DNA of 32,000 nucleotides. Source: Candidatus Kuenenia stuttgartensis. GTDB lineage: Bacteria > Planctomycetota > Brocadiia > Brocadiales > Brocadiaceae. Below the pieces are notes generated by a model that saw nothing but the letters and a program-made list of their open reading frames with translations, was not told the DNA's origin and made no database searches. Location of the stretch: positions 4,260,001 through 4,292,000 of the forward strand of contig NZ_LT934425.1 of NCBI RefSeq assembly GCF_900232105.1, in the 5' to 3' direction. Positions 1 through 8,961 of this stretch are shown here, one piece after another. The first letter of the stretch is position 1. The number at the start of each line of letters is the position of its first letter. Made by a program: the position numbers and the translations under genes.

Positions 1-389
1 ATATGCATAGGGTTAGGCGCGAATACTTTGTTTGTGTGTATTTAATCAAAGGCATACGTTTTCCATCATATATCTATAAAGTATGTAAGTATTTGATAAA
101 CGTATTCTTATGCGTTGATTGCAGATATTGCAAAGCGGCATCCTTTATTCGTTTCATTTCCTTGGGTATTTTATTTATTAATTATCAAATAATTAGCGTT
201 AATGGTTGTAATATAAATAGTTATATTTAATACAAAAAACCCTTTCTCGTGCTGGCATACTATTTGTTTAATTGTGAAGATAAGAAGCTCTCACACATAG
301 GAAATGGGGCATTGTTTTGCAGGAATGGGTACTTTGTAATAAAAACAATACGAACAATTTTAGAAATAATTCTTGAGAAAAAAATTGTT

Positions 390-767
390 ATGAAAATAAT
401 TAAAGTTGACGAATCAAAAATATCAGATGACTTGTTTAACATTGTCAAACTTGTATTCAGGGATAAAATGGACTGGAACTGTCCTGTGGAAGTTTGGCGC
501 ATGTGGATTAAAAAGGAAACAAAATCATGGAACCATTTTGTACAGTGGTTCCTGGACTATGATAAAAACATTGATTTGAAGTTGCGGGAGTTTTTGCACA
601 TGCATAATGGCGAATTTGAGGCGTTTACGAAAAACTGGGTTGCTGAGGATGAGCAAACATCATTCTATGAATTTTATGCAGAAAAGAAATGGGAAGAGGT
701 CTTATCAAATATACAGAAATTTTTCACAAACACAGCAAAAAACATAAACAACACAAAACTACCCTAA
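390..767 (+). CDS. Hypothetical protein of about 125 aa, beginning MKIIKVDESK; the ORF track extends upstream to 249
   Basis: Continuous ORF with soluble-protein-like composition. The upstream part (249-389) looks less coding-like, so the ATG at 390 is preferred. No family recognised. Confidence 0.45.
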   Translation: MKIIKVDESKISDDLFNIVKLVFRDKMDWNCPVEVWRMWIKKETKSWNHFVQWFLDYDKNIDLKLREFLHMHNGEFEAFTKNWVAEDEQTSFYEFYAEKKWEEVLSNIQKFFTNTAKNINNTKLP

Positions 768-851
768 AATCGGTTGAGATAATTCTCAATGGGTAATCCA
801 TGGGAATACTACCATTCACTTCCTACCATTCACTTCATTTGCTACTTTTTT

Positions 852-1002
852 GTAACACTTTATTTTTTTTAAAAATTCCAATATTGGCAATGTTTGCCGC
901 ATAGTGTAGGGGCGAAGCATTTACCATAAATTGTTATAAATAAGTTCATACCCAAACGGGCAAATGCTTCGCCCCTACTTTTCCAAAAAACCAAAGTGTT
1001 AC
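852..1002. repeat. MITE-like nested inverted-repeat element of about 151 bp
   Basis: Outer arms GTAACACTTT (852-861) and AAAGTGTTAC (993-1002). Inner perfect 17-bp arms GTAGGGGCGAAGCATTT (906-922) and AAATGCTTCGCCCCTAC (962-978). Confidence 0.75.
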
Positions 1003-1314
1003 GATTTGTTTGACTTATAGCAACAGGAACGAAGGCTGCCGAGGTTAAGACTAAGAAAAAAGACTTAACTTTTTGGCAAAAGATTGATAGATTGATTATG
1101 TGGACGAGGAATAGTAATTATTAAGCTAAACATTTTACCATGAAAGAGTAAGGAGGTAAGTCCCTCCGTATTTCGGCATAAGAACTATCATTTTTGTTTC
1201 TTTTCGGGAGAAGAATCCAGTCTCCACATACATTTTCAATATCTCGACGGAGAAACAAAATTCTGGTGAGAATCACTGGTTTCACTTGCAAGGCATTATG
1301 GACTATCTACAAAG

Positions 1315-1432
1315 CAGTCATCATGTTTCATTTGCAACACCCAGAAACGATGAAAGATGAAAATGGTTTTATAACCCTATCATCTTGTAGTATCTGTACT
1401 TAAGCTATTTTTTGCAGTCTTACTTTCGAGTT
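1315..1432. repeat. Left copy of an imperfect direct repeat of about 110 bp (partner 1803-1911)
   Basis: CAGTCATCATGTTTCATTTGCAACACCCAGAAACGATGAAA...GAAAATGGTTTTATA...TTATTTTCGAG-like text recurs at 1803-1911 with small indels. Confidence 0.7.
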
Positions 1433-1496
1433 GGGAACATCTGGCATTTCTGTTTCTGTACCGGTTCTAATGTATAGGGCCATCCAAAAGGTATCA

Positions 1497-1793
1497 GCTT
1501 GTCATTGCAGGAGGCCCGGCTTGTCATCGCAAGGGTCTTTTTCTGCTTGTCATTGCGAGGGTATTTTCCGAAGCAATCAGTATACTACGAGATATTTCGT
1601 GACGTAAGAAACGCCATATCGCGAGAAAAGCAAATTAAGGGTGGCTCAAGGGCTAAAAAAATAGAATTAATTACTGGAATGAATGCGGGATGGAAGATCT
1701 CTATGACGGTTTATGAGATTGCTTCGGAAAATACCCTCGCAATGACAAGCTGAGACCCCTGCAATGACAAGCGGATACCCTTGTAATGACAAA
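1497..1793. repeat. Symmetrical array of GCTTGTCATTGCRAGG-type units around a 34-bp perfect inverted repeat
   Basis: GCTTGTCATTGCGAGGGTATTTTCCGAAGCAATC at 1545-1578 has its exact reverse complement at 1717-1750. Further units lie at about 1497 and 1519 on the left, and inverted units at about 1756-1772 and 1778-1793 on the right. Confidence 0.85.
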
Positions 1794-1802
1794 ATAAGTC
1801 AT

Positions 1803-1911
1803 CAGTCATCATGTTGCATCAGCAACACCCGGAAACGATGAAAATGGTTTTATAGCCATATCATATTGCGGCACCTGTGCTTGAGTTATTTTTTGTAGTC
1901 TTATTTTCGAG
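1803..1911. repeat. Right copy of the imperfect direct repeat of about 110 bp (partner 1315-1432)
   Basis: See the left copy at 1315-1432. Confidence 0.7.
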
Positions 1912-2011
1912 ACAGGAAATACAAAAAATCATTGAGGAGAAAAAAACGACCTTGCAAAAAAGTGGAAGAAGCATTTTTGAAAGCCGAAATTGTAAATATA
2001 TCCAATTTCGA

Positions 2012-2049
2012 TATTTGGCTATATACAGTCGGTATTTGGCTATATACAG
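2012..2049. repeat. Short tandem duplication, 17 bp identical, period 21
   Basis: TATTTGGCTATATACAG at 2012-2028 and again at 2033-2049. Confidence 0.8.
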
Positions 2050-2531
2050 ATGGGAAGGAGTATTTTTTGACTTACTAAGAGTACCCTTGGTTTCAAGATG
2101 CAAAAATGAGGGAGATTCAGAATGTACAGCTCATCCACGACTCGCATTTACATTGGCCTGACCTGGACATCGATCTGGAAATAGACTCTCTGGAAAATCC
2201 AGAAAAGTATCCTCTGGTATACAAACCATAAAAGGATGACACATAGTGTCAATTACTGCCAGCTTAAAGCAGGCAACAGCTATTATTGAGTTTGTAATGT
2301 AGATAACCAGACAAATCATACTGAAGTTGTCAATAGATAAGGTCTGGCCCTGTCATTATATATAGTCAAACAAATAAGGTCTTCAAAAGAAGAACAATAA
2401 AATTCGTAACAATTTAGTATTTTAAAAAATTCCAACAATTTAGTGTGACGGGATTCGCCGCACCAAAAAAAGTTGTGCGATAAGGAAGAAGGTCTACTCG
2501 ATAGTGCGACTAAGATACAAGGGAGTGATCA

Positions 2532-3251
2532 TTGATTTATGCAATAATAGGTGATATACACAGTAATTATGAGGCGTTTACTGCCGTTGCAGATGAAATA
2601 CGAAAAGAACGTGTCGATGAAATATTCTGCGTAGGCGATATTGTTGGTTATGCCGCAGAACCAATTTTGTGCATTGAATTAGTACAACAACTACGTTGTA
2701 AAACCGTTGCAGGCAATCACGACTGTGCGGTGGTAGGGAAATTCCCCGTAAGTTATTTCAATAAATCCGCAAAAGAAGCGGCCATATGGACGTCAAACCA
2801 ACTTTCACAAAGTTATAAAGATTATTTGAAAAATTTGCCCCTGATTGAGAAATGGAACGACATTACCCTTGTGCATGCTTCTTTAAACAGGCCGGAATTC
2901 TTTGACTACATAACAACCCTCGCAGACGCTCAATTGAGTTTTGATAAACTAAATACATCTGTTTGCTTTTACGGTCATACCCATGTGCCCTCGGCATTAT
3001 TTCTAAACGAGAGTTCTGTCCGGTTGGATAAAGGACATGTCTTTGATTTGAATAATGTAGAAAAGGCACTCATAAACGTGGGGAGTGTTGGACAGCCGCG
3101 CGATTGGGATTTGAGGGCATCTTACGCTATTTACAACACCGAACAAAAAACCGTACATATCAAGCGGGTCAAATACAATATTATCTCTGCAATGGAAAAA
3201 ATTTATAAGGCTGGACTGCCTGGAGAAAATGCATTACGGTTAGGAGGTTAA
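2532..3251 (+). CDS. Calcineurin-like metallophosphoesterase (YfcE/ApaH-like fold), 239 aa
   Basis: Motifs GDIHSN, GDIVGYA, GNHD, LVHAS and YGHTHVP. Probable TTG start. Confidence 0.9.
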   Translation: MIYAIIGDIHSNYEAFTAVADEIRKERVDEIFCVGDIVGYAAEPILCIELVQQLRCKTVAGNHDCAVVGKFPVSYFNKSAKEAAIWTSNQLSQSYKDYLKNLPLIEKWNDITLVHASLNRPEFFDYITTLADAQLSFDKLNTSVCFYGHTHVPSALFLNESSVRLDKGHVFDLNNVEKALINVGSVGQPRDWDLRASYAIYNTEQKTVHIKRVKYNIISAMEKIYKAGLPGENALRLGG

Positions 3252-3256
3252 AGTCT

Positions 3257-4135
3257 ATGGATTCTCACAAACATACTGATAATTTTTCTAAAAACGAGCT
3301 GGAACGTGATATCTTCGGTAGCATAAAAGATAAAGAAATAGAAAACGTGGAATGCGAACGATGGATGGGCGGTCCCCGCGGACCTGAGAAAATAACTTTT
3401 AGAGATGGAAGTATCGCAATGTTTAAATGCGATATCCGGCACTACTGGATGGCTGATAACCCGGATACTCCTATCAGGGAAACTATTGTTTATAAAATTG
3501 ACACCATAGTAGGACTTGGATTAGTCCCGAAAACGATGGTAATTGACGATACCATTAACAATATACGATATAACGGTTCCATTCAGGAATGGGTAAAAAA
3601 TGCGAAAGACGGATATCAAATAGATAAAATGACCCGTAAAGAAAGAGAGGATTACCAACGATTGCTAATCTTCGATTTTATAATTGGCAACAGCGACAGA
3701 CACCTGGGAAACATATTATTTACCAGTGATGACAAAATACACGCTATTGATAATAACGCATGCCTTGTTATTGGTAAAGATGAAGATCTTCTTGCATTTC
3801 CGGATGCGATAATTGATTTTTTTAATAAAAAAACTATTACCGATATTCCCCACGTTGTGGAGTTGATAGAAACATTTTACAAAAATAAAAAAATAATATT
3901 GAATTTGATTGGGAAATATGTGCATGACAATACAAAATTGGCGCAATTAATGGTGGAGTCAAGGATTAATTATTTGTTTAATATGCTGAAAAAAAAACAG
4001 CCTTTCCCGCGAAAATACTTAGAATGGCGGAAGGGATTGAGCGCGGAAATTCAAAGAATTTTGTCGCAAAACCAATCGTCGTTCCCCATGTATTTAACCT
4101 TAACCGCCTTATCACAGCTTGCAGTATGGGGTTAA
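3257..4135 (+). CDS. PI3/PI4-kinase-like or HipA-like fold protein kinase, 292 aa
   Basis: RETIVYKIDTIVGLGLVP, catalytic-loop-like GNSDRHLGNILF (D-R-H-x-x-N), and a metal-site-like AIDNNACL. Starts 5 bp after the phosphoesterase ends. Confidence 0.75.
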   Translation: MDSHKHTDNFSKNELERDIFGSIKDKEIENVECERWMGGPRGPEKITFRDGSIAMFKCDIRHYWMADNPDTPIRETIVYKIDTIVGLGLVPKTMVIDDTINNIRYNGSIQEWVKNAKDGYQIDKMTRKEREDYQRLLIFDFIIGNSDRHLGNILFTSDDKIHAIDNNACLVIGKDEDLLAFPDAIIDFFNKKTITDIPHVVELIETFYKNKKIILNLIGKYVHDNTKLAQLMVESRINYLFNMLKKKQPFPRKYLEWRKGLSAEIQRILSQNQSSFPMYLTLTALSQLAVWG

Positions 4136-4162
4136 CATTACTTCAGGATTAACGCATTAAAT

Positions 4163-4191
4163 CAGATAGACGCATTGCATGCGTCTATCTG
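4163..4191. terminator. Stable hairpin downstream of the kinase gene, a possible terminator or RNA-stabilising stem
   Basis: CAGATAGACGCA-TTGCA-TGCGTCTATCTG: perfect 12-bp stem, 5-nt loop, no strong T-tract. Confidence 0.5.
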
Positions 4192-4608
4192 TTGTGTCAA
4201 CATTTTTATTACGTGCAGCAGTTTCCAGATGCATGCAATGCGTCTCTTACATTATGCACATTGAAATTCCTATACGTGAACGTATTTTTCAAAAAATTAA
4301 AGTATTACAAAACATTTGATTTTTTTGCGATAACCTGTCATTTTTACCCGTAAGCTGATCTGTTTTTTACTCATTTTACCAAAAAAGGTCTCCCTTATCA
4401 TTAAAGATAACAACTAAGAACCGACAGATATCCTTTCGCTTGCCTTTCTGGTATACGATGACCTCTCACCAAAAGATATTGAGGATATAGAAACATTGGT
4501 TCTCGATAGAAGCAGCTTTTCAAGAGATCAAGAGATAATGACTAACCATACACCAACCATCACTCCTCTACACAGACATATTATCAGCACTTTTCAAAGG
4601 GAATCACG

Positions 4609-4733
4609 TAACTATTCAGCGTAAACGATACACGGCTCGTTCCCAAACTTTGTACTGAACATAGTGAAGTATCTGTTTGGGAACGAGTTGCGCTCTGATC
4701 TCCGGTAGTTTAATAAATTACGCTGAATAGTTA
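4609..4733. repeat. MITE-like nested inverted repeat of 125 bp
   Basis: Outer perfect 16-bp arms TAACTATTCAGCGTAA (4609-4624) and TTACGCTGAATAGTTA (4718-4733). Inner 13-bp arms CTCGTTCCCAAAC (4636-4648) and GTTTGGGAACGAG (4675-4687). Confidence 0.8.
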
Positions 4734-5368
4734 TTGTAATTTACTTATTATAAACATTATTAATAAATAAGTAAAAAAACATTTATCTTATCTATAATAT
4801 TATACTTACCATATTATTTAAAAACGTAATACTAGCACTATACCGACATGTTATCAACAATTGTTTTATGATAAAATACTCTAACAGATTTTCTTTCTGT
4901 GGTTTTTCTGCCACCGTTAATAAAAAAAGTCCAAGCCCCTTCCCTTATTTTCTCGGGCCCTTTTTTGTAAAATTGTGATCAGATGTATACTGTAATAGTT
5001 CACAAATAGGGATTTCTAAGGAAAAATTTAACTTCTGCCAACATAAATAATTATAGCATTTCTGGAATCACATTTTGTGAACTCCTACAGTATAGCAACC
5101 CCGCGACCCTCTTACACAAAGAATGGACAAATGGGGGGTAAAAGAAGATAGACAAGACGGTTTAAGATTTTTGATAAAAAAGCAATGTTTTCTCTATTTG
5201 TAGCACCGATAAAAAAGAGGAAAACAGGTCGCCGGATCAATGCAATTTTTGTATAGTTGATGTCTTTATTATGGAGATTGTTATTGTTAAAGTAGCAGAT
5301 AACGTGTATCATTTGTGATAGTTACAAATTTTATACCTATTTAAATAATGTAAGGATAGAAATAATCT

Positions 5369-6942
5369 ATGGAATCATTTGAAAGTTTAGGACTGTCAGA
5401 ATCAACACTAAAGGTGTTAAAGGAAAAGGGGTACGAAGAACCTACGCCAATTCAGCAAAAAACCATACCGGCAATACTGAGCGGAACTAAAGATATCGTG
5501 GGGCAGGCGCAGACGGGTACTGGCAAAACAGCGGCATTCGGCCTTCCCGTTCTTGAACTCCTGCCGGAAAAATCAAAAAATGTTCAGGCGCTTGTACTCA
5601 CTCCAACACGAGAATTGGCAATTCAGGTGGCAGAAGAACTCAATTCGCTGAAGGGAAAGAAAAGATTGAGCATTGTTCCCATATACGGAAGGCAATCCAT
5701 GGAATTACAGCTAAGAAGCCTTAAAAAGGGGATTGATATTGTTGTCGGCACGCCAGGCCGTGTCCTTGATCATCTGAAGCGGGGCACATTAAAGATCGGC
5801 AAAATATCGTTTCTTGTCCTTGATGAAGCGGATGAAATGCTGAATATGGGTTTTATTGATGATGTCAGAGAAATCATGGAAAACACGGGACATGAAAAAA
5901 GGACATTGCTGTTTTCTGCTACTATGCCCTTTGAAATAATGCAAATAGCCAAAAATTATATGCGAGACTTTGACGTGCAGAAGGTCAACGCCGGACAACT
6001 TACCGTAAGTCAGACAGATCAGATTTATTTTGAGGTATTTGCGGCGGATAAATTTGAAGCGCTTTGCAGGATAATAGATATCGAGAAGGATTTTTACGGC
6101 CTTGTTTTCTGCCGTACAAAAATTGATGTTGACGCCGTTGCCAGCCATCTGATTGAACGCGGTTACGATGCGGACGCATTGCACGGCGATATATCTCAAA
6201 GCCTGAGGGAAAAGATCCTTGCCAAATTTAAAAAACGCCAGATCAACATACTTATCGCAACTGATGTGGCGGCGCGGGGATTAGACATTCACAACCTTTC
6301 CCATGTAATAAATTATTCCCTTCCGCAGGACCCAGAATCATATGTCCACAGGATTGGGCGCACCGGCCGCGCGGGGAAAGGGGGAATTGCTATAACATTT
6401 ATAACCCGGAAGAATACAGGAAACTGCAATTTATACAAAAAGCGGCAAAGACGGACATTCGCAAGGAAAAACTTCCAAAGATCGAGGATATTATACGGAC
6501 AAAAAAACTTAAAATAAAAGACCATATTAATGAAATTGTGGATTTAAATGCCCATAATTGCTACATTGAAATGGCAAAAGAATTGACCGAACATAAGAAA
6601 CCAGAAGATATCATATCAGCATTACTGCAGTATTCCTTTCCTGATGAACTTAATGAAAAACGCTATGTTGAAATAGAAGAGGCGGTAGTTGACAAGAAAG
6701 GGAAAACAAGGCTCTTTGTAACGCAGGGGAAACAGGAAGGATTAACACACAAAAAATTAGTGACATACATCAAGGATATATCAAATATCGCGAGTGAAAA
6801 AATACGGGACGTGCAGATTCTTGATAAATATTCTTTTGTAACACTCCCTTTTCGCGAAGCGGAAATATTATTAACGAGTTTTAAAAGAAGAAAAAAGGGA
6901 TCCGGATTGTTTATCACCAAAGCGAAAAAAATGCGGACATAG
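5369..6942 (+). CDS. DEAD-box ATP-dependent RNA helicase (DeaD/CshA-like) with a -1 frameshift near 6405-6408
   Basis: AQTGTGKTAA, PTRELA, DEAD and SAT motifs, then HRIGRTGRAG. Protein similarity continues in the other frame as PEEYRKLQFIQKAAKTDIRKEKLP..., joining the ORFs 5369-6517 and 6538-6942. Confidence 0.9.
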
Positions 6943-6943
6943 A

Positions 6944-8374
6944 CTATTCATCCTCCAGACCTTTTCGCTTACTCTTATAAAAGGAAAGTCGTTTCCTGAT
7001 TTCTGCATCAAATCCATTCTGCGTCGGATGGTAATATTCCTTACTATCCAATTCTTTTGGCAGATACGACTGTTCAACATATCCACCGAAACTGTGTGGA
7101 TATTTATAATCCTTGCCGTATCCCATCCCCTTCATAAGAGTGGTAGGCGCATTTCTTACATGCATTGGTGCAGGCAATGCCCCTCTTTCTCTTACATCTT
7201 TTATCGCTGCTAAATATGCCATATACGACGCATTACTTTTCGGCGCACAGGCAAGATAGGTGACCCCCTGCGCGAGCGGTATCCATCCTTCAGGCATACC
7301 TACAAAATGAAACGCATCTTTTACCGATACGGCTAATTGAAGAGCGGCCGGGTCGGCATTGCCGATATCTTCCGCTGCAAATATGACCATTCTCCGCACA
7401 ATAAAGAGAGGGTCTTCCCCCGCCTCCAGCATACGCGCCAACCAATAGAGTGCGGCGTCAGGGTCGCTTCCCCTCATTGACTTTATGAAAGCGGAAATCA
7501 CGTTGTAATGCTCTTCTCCCCCCTTGTCATAGAGTAATGCCTTTCGCTGCATTGCCTCCATGGCAATTTCCATGGTGACAGGGCGAATGTCTTTTTCGTT
7601 TGGACGAACAAGCATAATGGCAGTTTCCAGGGTATTCAGCGCCGCTCTTGCCTCACCATGTGAGAACTCCGCTATAAAGTCAATGACGTCTTGCGGTATT
7701 TCTATCTTCTGACCGCCCAAACCACTTTCTCTATCCGACAAGGCATTCAACAAAATAGCAGTGATATGGCTCTTTCTGAGCGGTTCTAAAACAAGTACCT
7801 TACATCGTGACAAGAGAGGTGAATTGACCTCAAAGGAGGGATTTTCCGTTGTCGCACCTATTAAAGTAATAGTACCATCCTCCACATGATGTAAAAAAGA
7901 ATCCTGCTGGGCTTTGTTAAACCGATGAATTTCATCCACGAAAAGAACCGTCCTTTTGCCATTGAATTTAAGCTGTTCCTTTGCTTCCTCAATAACCGCC
8001 CGTATTTCTTTTACACCGGAGAGTACCGCTGAAAATGTGATAAAATGAGCATTCATCGCGTTTGCAATAATCAAGGCAAGCGTTGTCTTCCCAACACCCG
8101 GAGGACCCCAAAAGATTAATGAAACAAGTTCTTTATTTTCGATAAAACTTCTCAGAATCTTGCCCTCCCCCACGAGATGTTCCTGTCCCACAAATTCACT
8201 GAGATTTCGCGGCCTCATCCTGTCTGCCAAGGGTGATTTTTTTGTATCATCACGGACTGTATCAAATAAACTTCTTTGCACTTTTTTTGTAATCAACGCC
8301 TCATTCCTCTTTTCTTTTAACGAAGCTTTTGGAAATAAATACTGTTTTTCAACAAGTTTCACACGTATAGTCAA
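6944..8374 (-). CDS. rarA: Replication-associated recombination protein A (RarA/MgsA family AAA+ ATPase)
   Basis: RPRNLSEFVGQEHLVG, Walker A GPPGVGKTTLA, Walker B VLFVDEIHRFNKAQQD, and C-terminal GYGKDYKYPHSF. The start codon could be internal. Confidence 0.95.
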   Translation of the reverse strand: MTIRVKLVEKQYLFPKASLKEKRNEALITKKVQRSLFDTVRDDTKKSPLADRMRPRNLSEFVGQEHLVGEGKILRSFIENKELVSLIFWGPPGVGKTTLALIIANAMNAHFITFSAVLSGVKEIRAVIEEAKEQLKFNGKRTVLFVDEIHRFNKAQQDSFLHHVEDGTITLIGATTENPSFEVNSPLLSRCKVLVLEPLRKSHITAILLNALSDRESGLGGQKIEIPQDVIDFIAEFSHGEARAALNTLETAIMLVRPNEKDIRPVTMEIAMEAMQRKALLYDKGGEEHYNVISAFIKSMRGSDPDAALYWLARMLEAGEDPLFIVRRMVIFAAEDIGNADPAALQLAVSVKDAFHFVGMPEGWIPLAQGVTYLACAPKSNASYMAYLAAIKDVRERGALPAPMHVRNAPTTLMKGMGYGKDYKYPHSFGGYVEQSYLPKELDSKEYYHPTQNGFDAEIRKRLSFYKSKRKGLEDE

Positions 8375-8458
8375 AAACAGGGGCGAAGCATTTGCTATAT
8401 ATTAAACGGTTGCTGCTCGTTCCTTCCTCACTTGAAATCTAAGCCCACTAAATTCACA

Positions 8459-8487
8459 TGTAGTGCGACGAACCTCGTCGCACTACA
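8459..8487. repeat. Perfect hairpin, 13-bp stem and 3-nt loop
   Basis: TGTAGTGCGACGA-ACC-TCGTCGCACTACA. Confidence 0.85.
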
Positions 8488-8772
8488 AATGACAATTTCC
8501 AGTTTCAAAAGATTAAAGTGTTACAATACTTTTCATAGTAGAGCAAAGTTTAAAGGCGAACATATCTCCACGTGTGTGTGGGAAAAATGTGCAGGTTTTG
8601 CATTTTTAATTATAAAAAAATAACACCAAAAAAAATAAAACGGTTATTTGTAATAGTCACATTGTTATGGTAATACGCAACTTAGTACAATATCCTTTAA
8701 TAAATTCATATTTGGCATTATTATTGCTATTTAACTGGATAGGGGAGAAAAACAGAAAGTCAGGAGGTAATT

Positions 8773-8961
8773 ATGATGATAACAGATGATGAAATGGAAA
8801 AACAAAATTTTCTTAGCTGGTACTGCTTTTACGCAAAACCGAAAGAAATCGAATGTGCAATGAAAACACACAGGGCTAAAATGGAAAGGTACATCGAGAA
8901 ATATTATTCTGAAATCATAAGAGTGAGAATGCTAAACAGCCTCCGCGAAAAAATATTTTAA
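8773..8961 (+). CDS. Small hypothetical protein, 62 aa
   Basis: Good ribosome-binding site (AGGAGGTAATT) before the ATG. Ends 4 bp inside the end of the convergent gene. Confidence 0.6.
   Translation: MMITDDEMEKQNFLSWYCFYAKPKEIECAMKTHRAKMERYIEKYYSEIIRVRMLNSLREKIF

Noticed and set aside
1499-1753. 84-aa ORF MSLQEARLVIARVFF...
   Set aside because: It lies almost entirely inside the palindromic repeat array. Its termini are encoded by the inverted repeat, so it is probably not a gene.
1497-1793. Possible CRISPR array because of repeated 15-17-bp units
   Set aside because: Units are in inverted orientation, irregularly spaced and few, and there are no spacers of uniform size and no cas genes.
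1877-2161. 94-aa ORF on + and the opposing 80-aa ORF on -
   Set aside because: Both run through the imperfect direct repeat and the 21-bp tandem duplication. They show no family similarity and no convincing RBS.
2532-4135. Classical hipBA toxin-antitoxin module
   Set aside because: No HipB-like helix-turn-helix antitoxin is encoded next to the kinase. The partner is a phosphoesterase, so a standard HipBA assignment is not supported.
5789-6199. 136-aa antisense ORF inside the DEAD-box helicase
   Set aside because: Shadow ORF opposite a strongly conserved gene. The other antisense ORFs over rarA, holA, cobU, cobS, glgP, zwf, gnd, tal, tkt and the transposase were rejected for the same reason.
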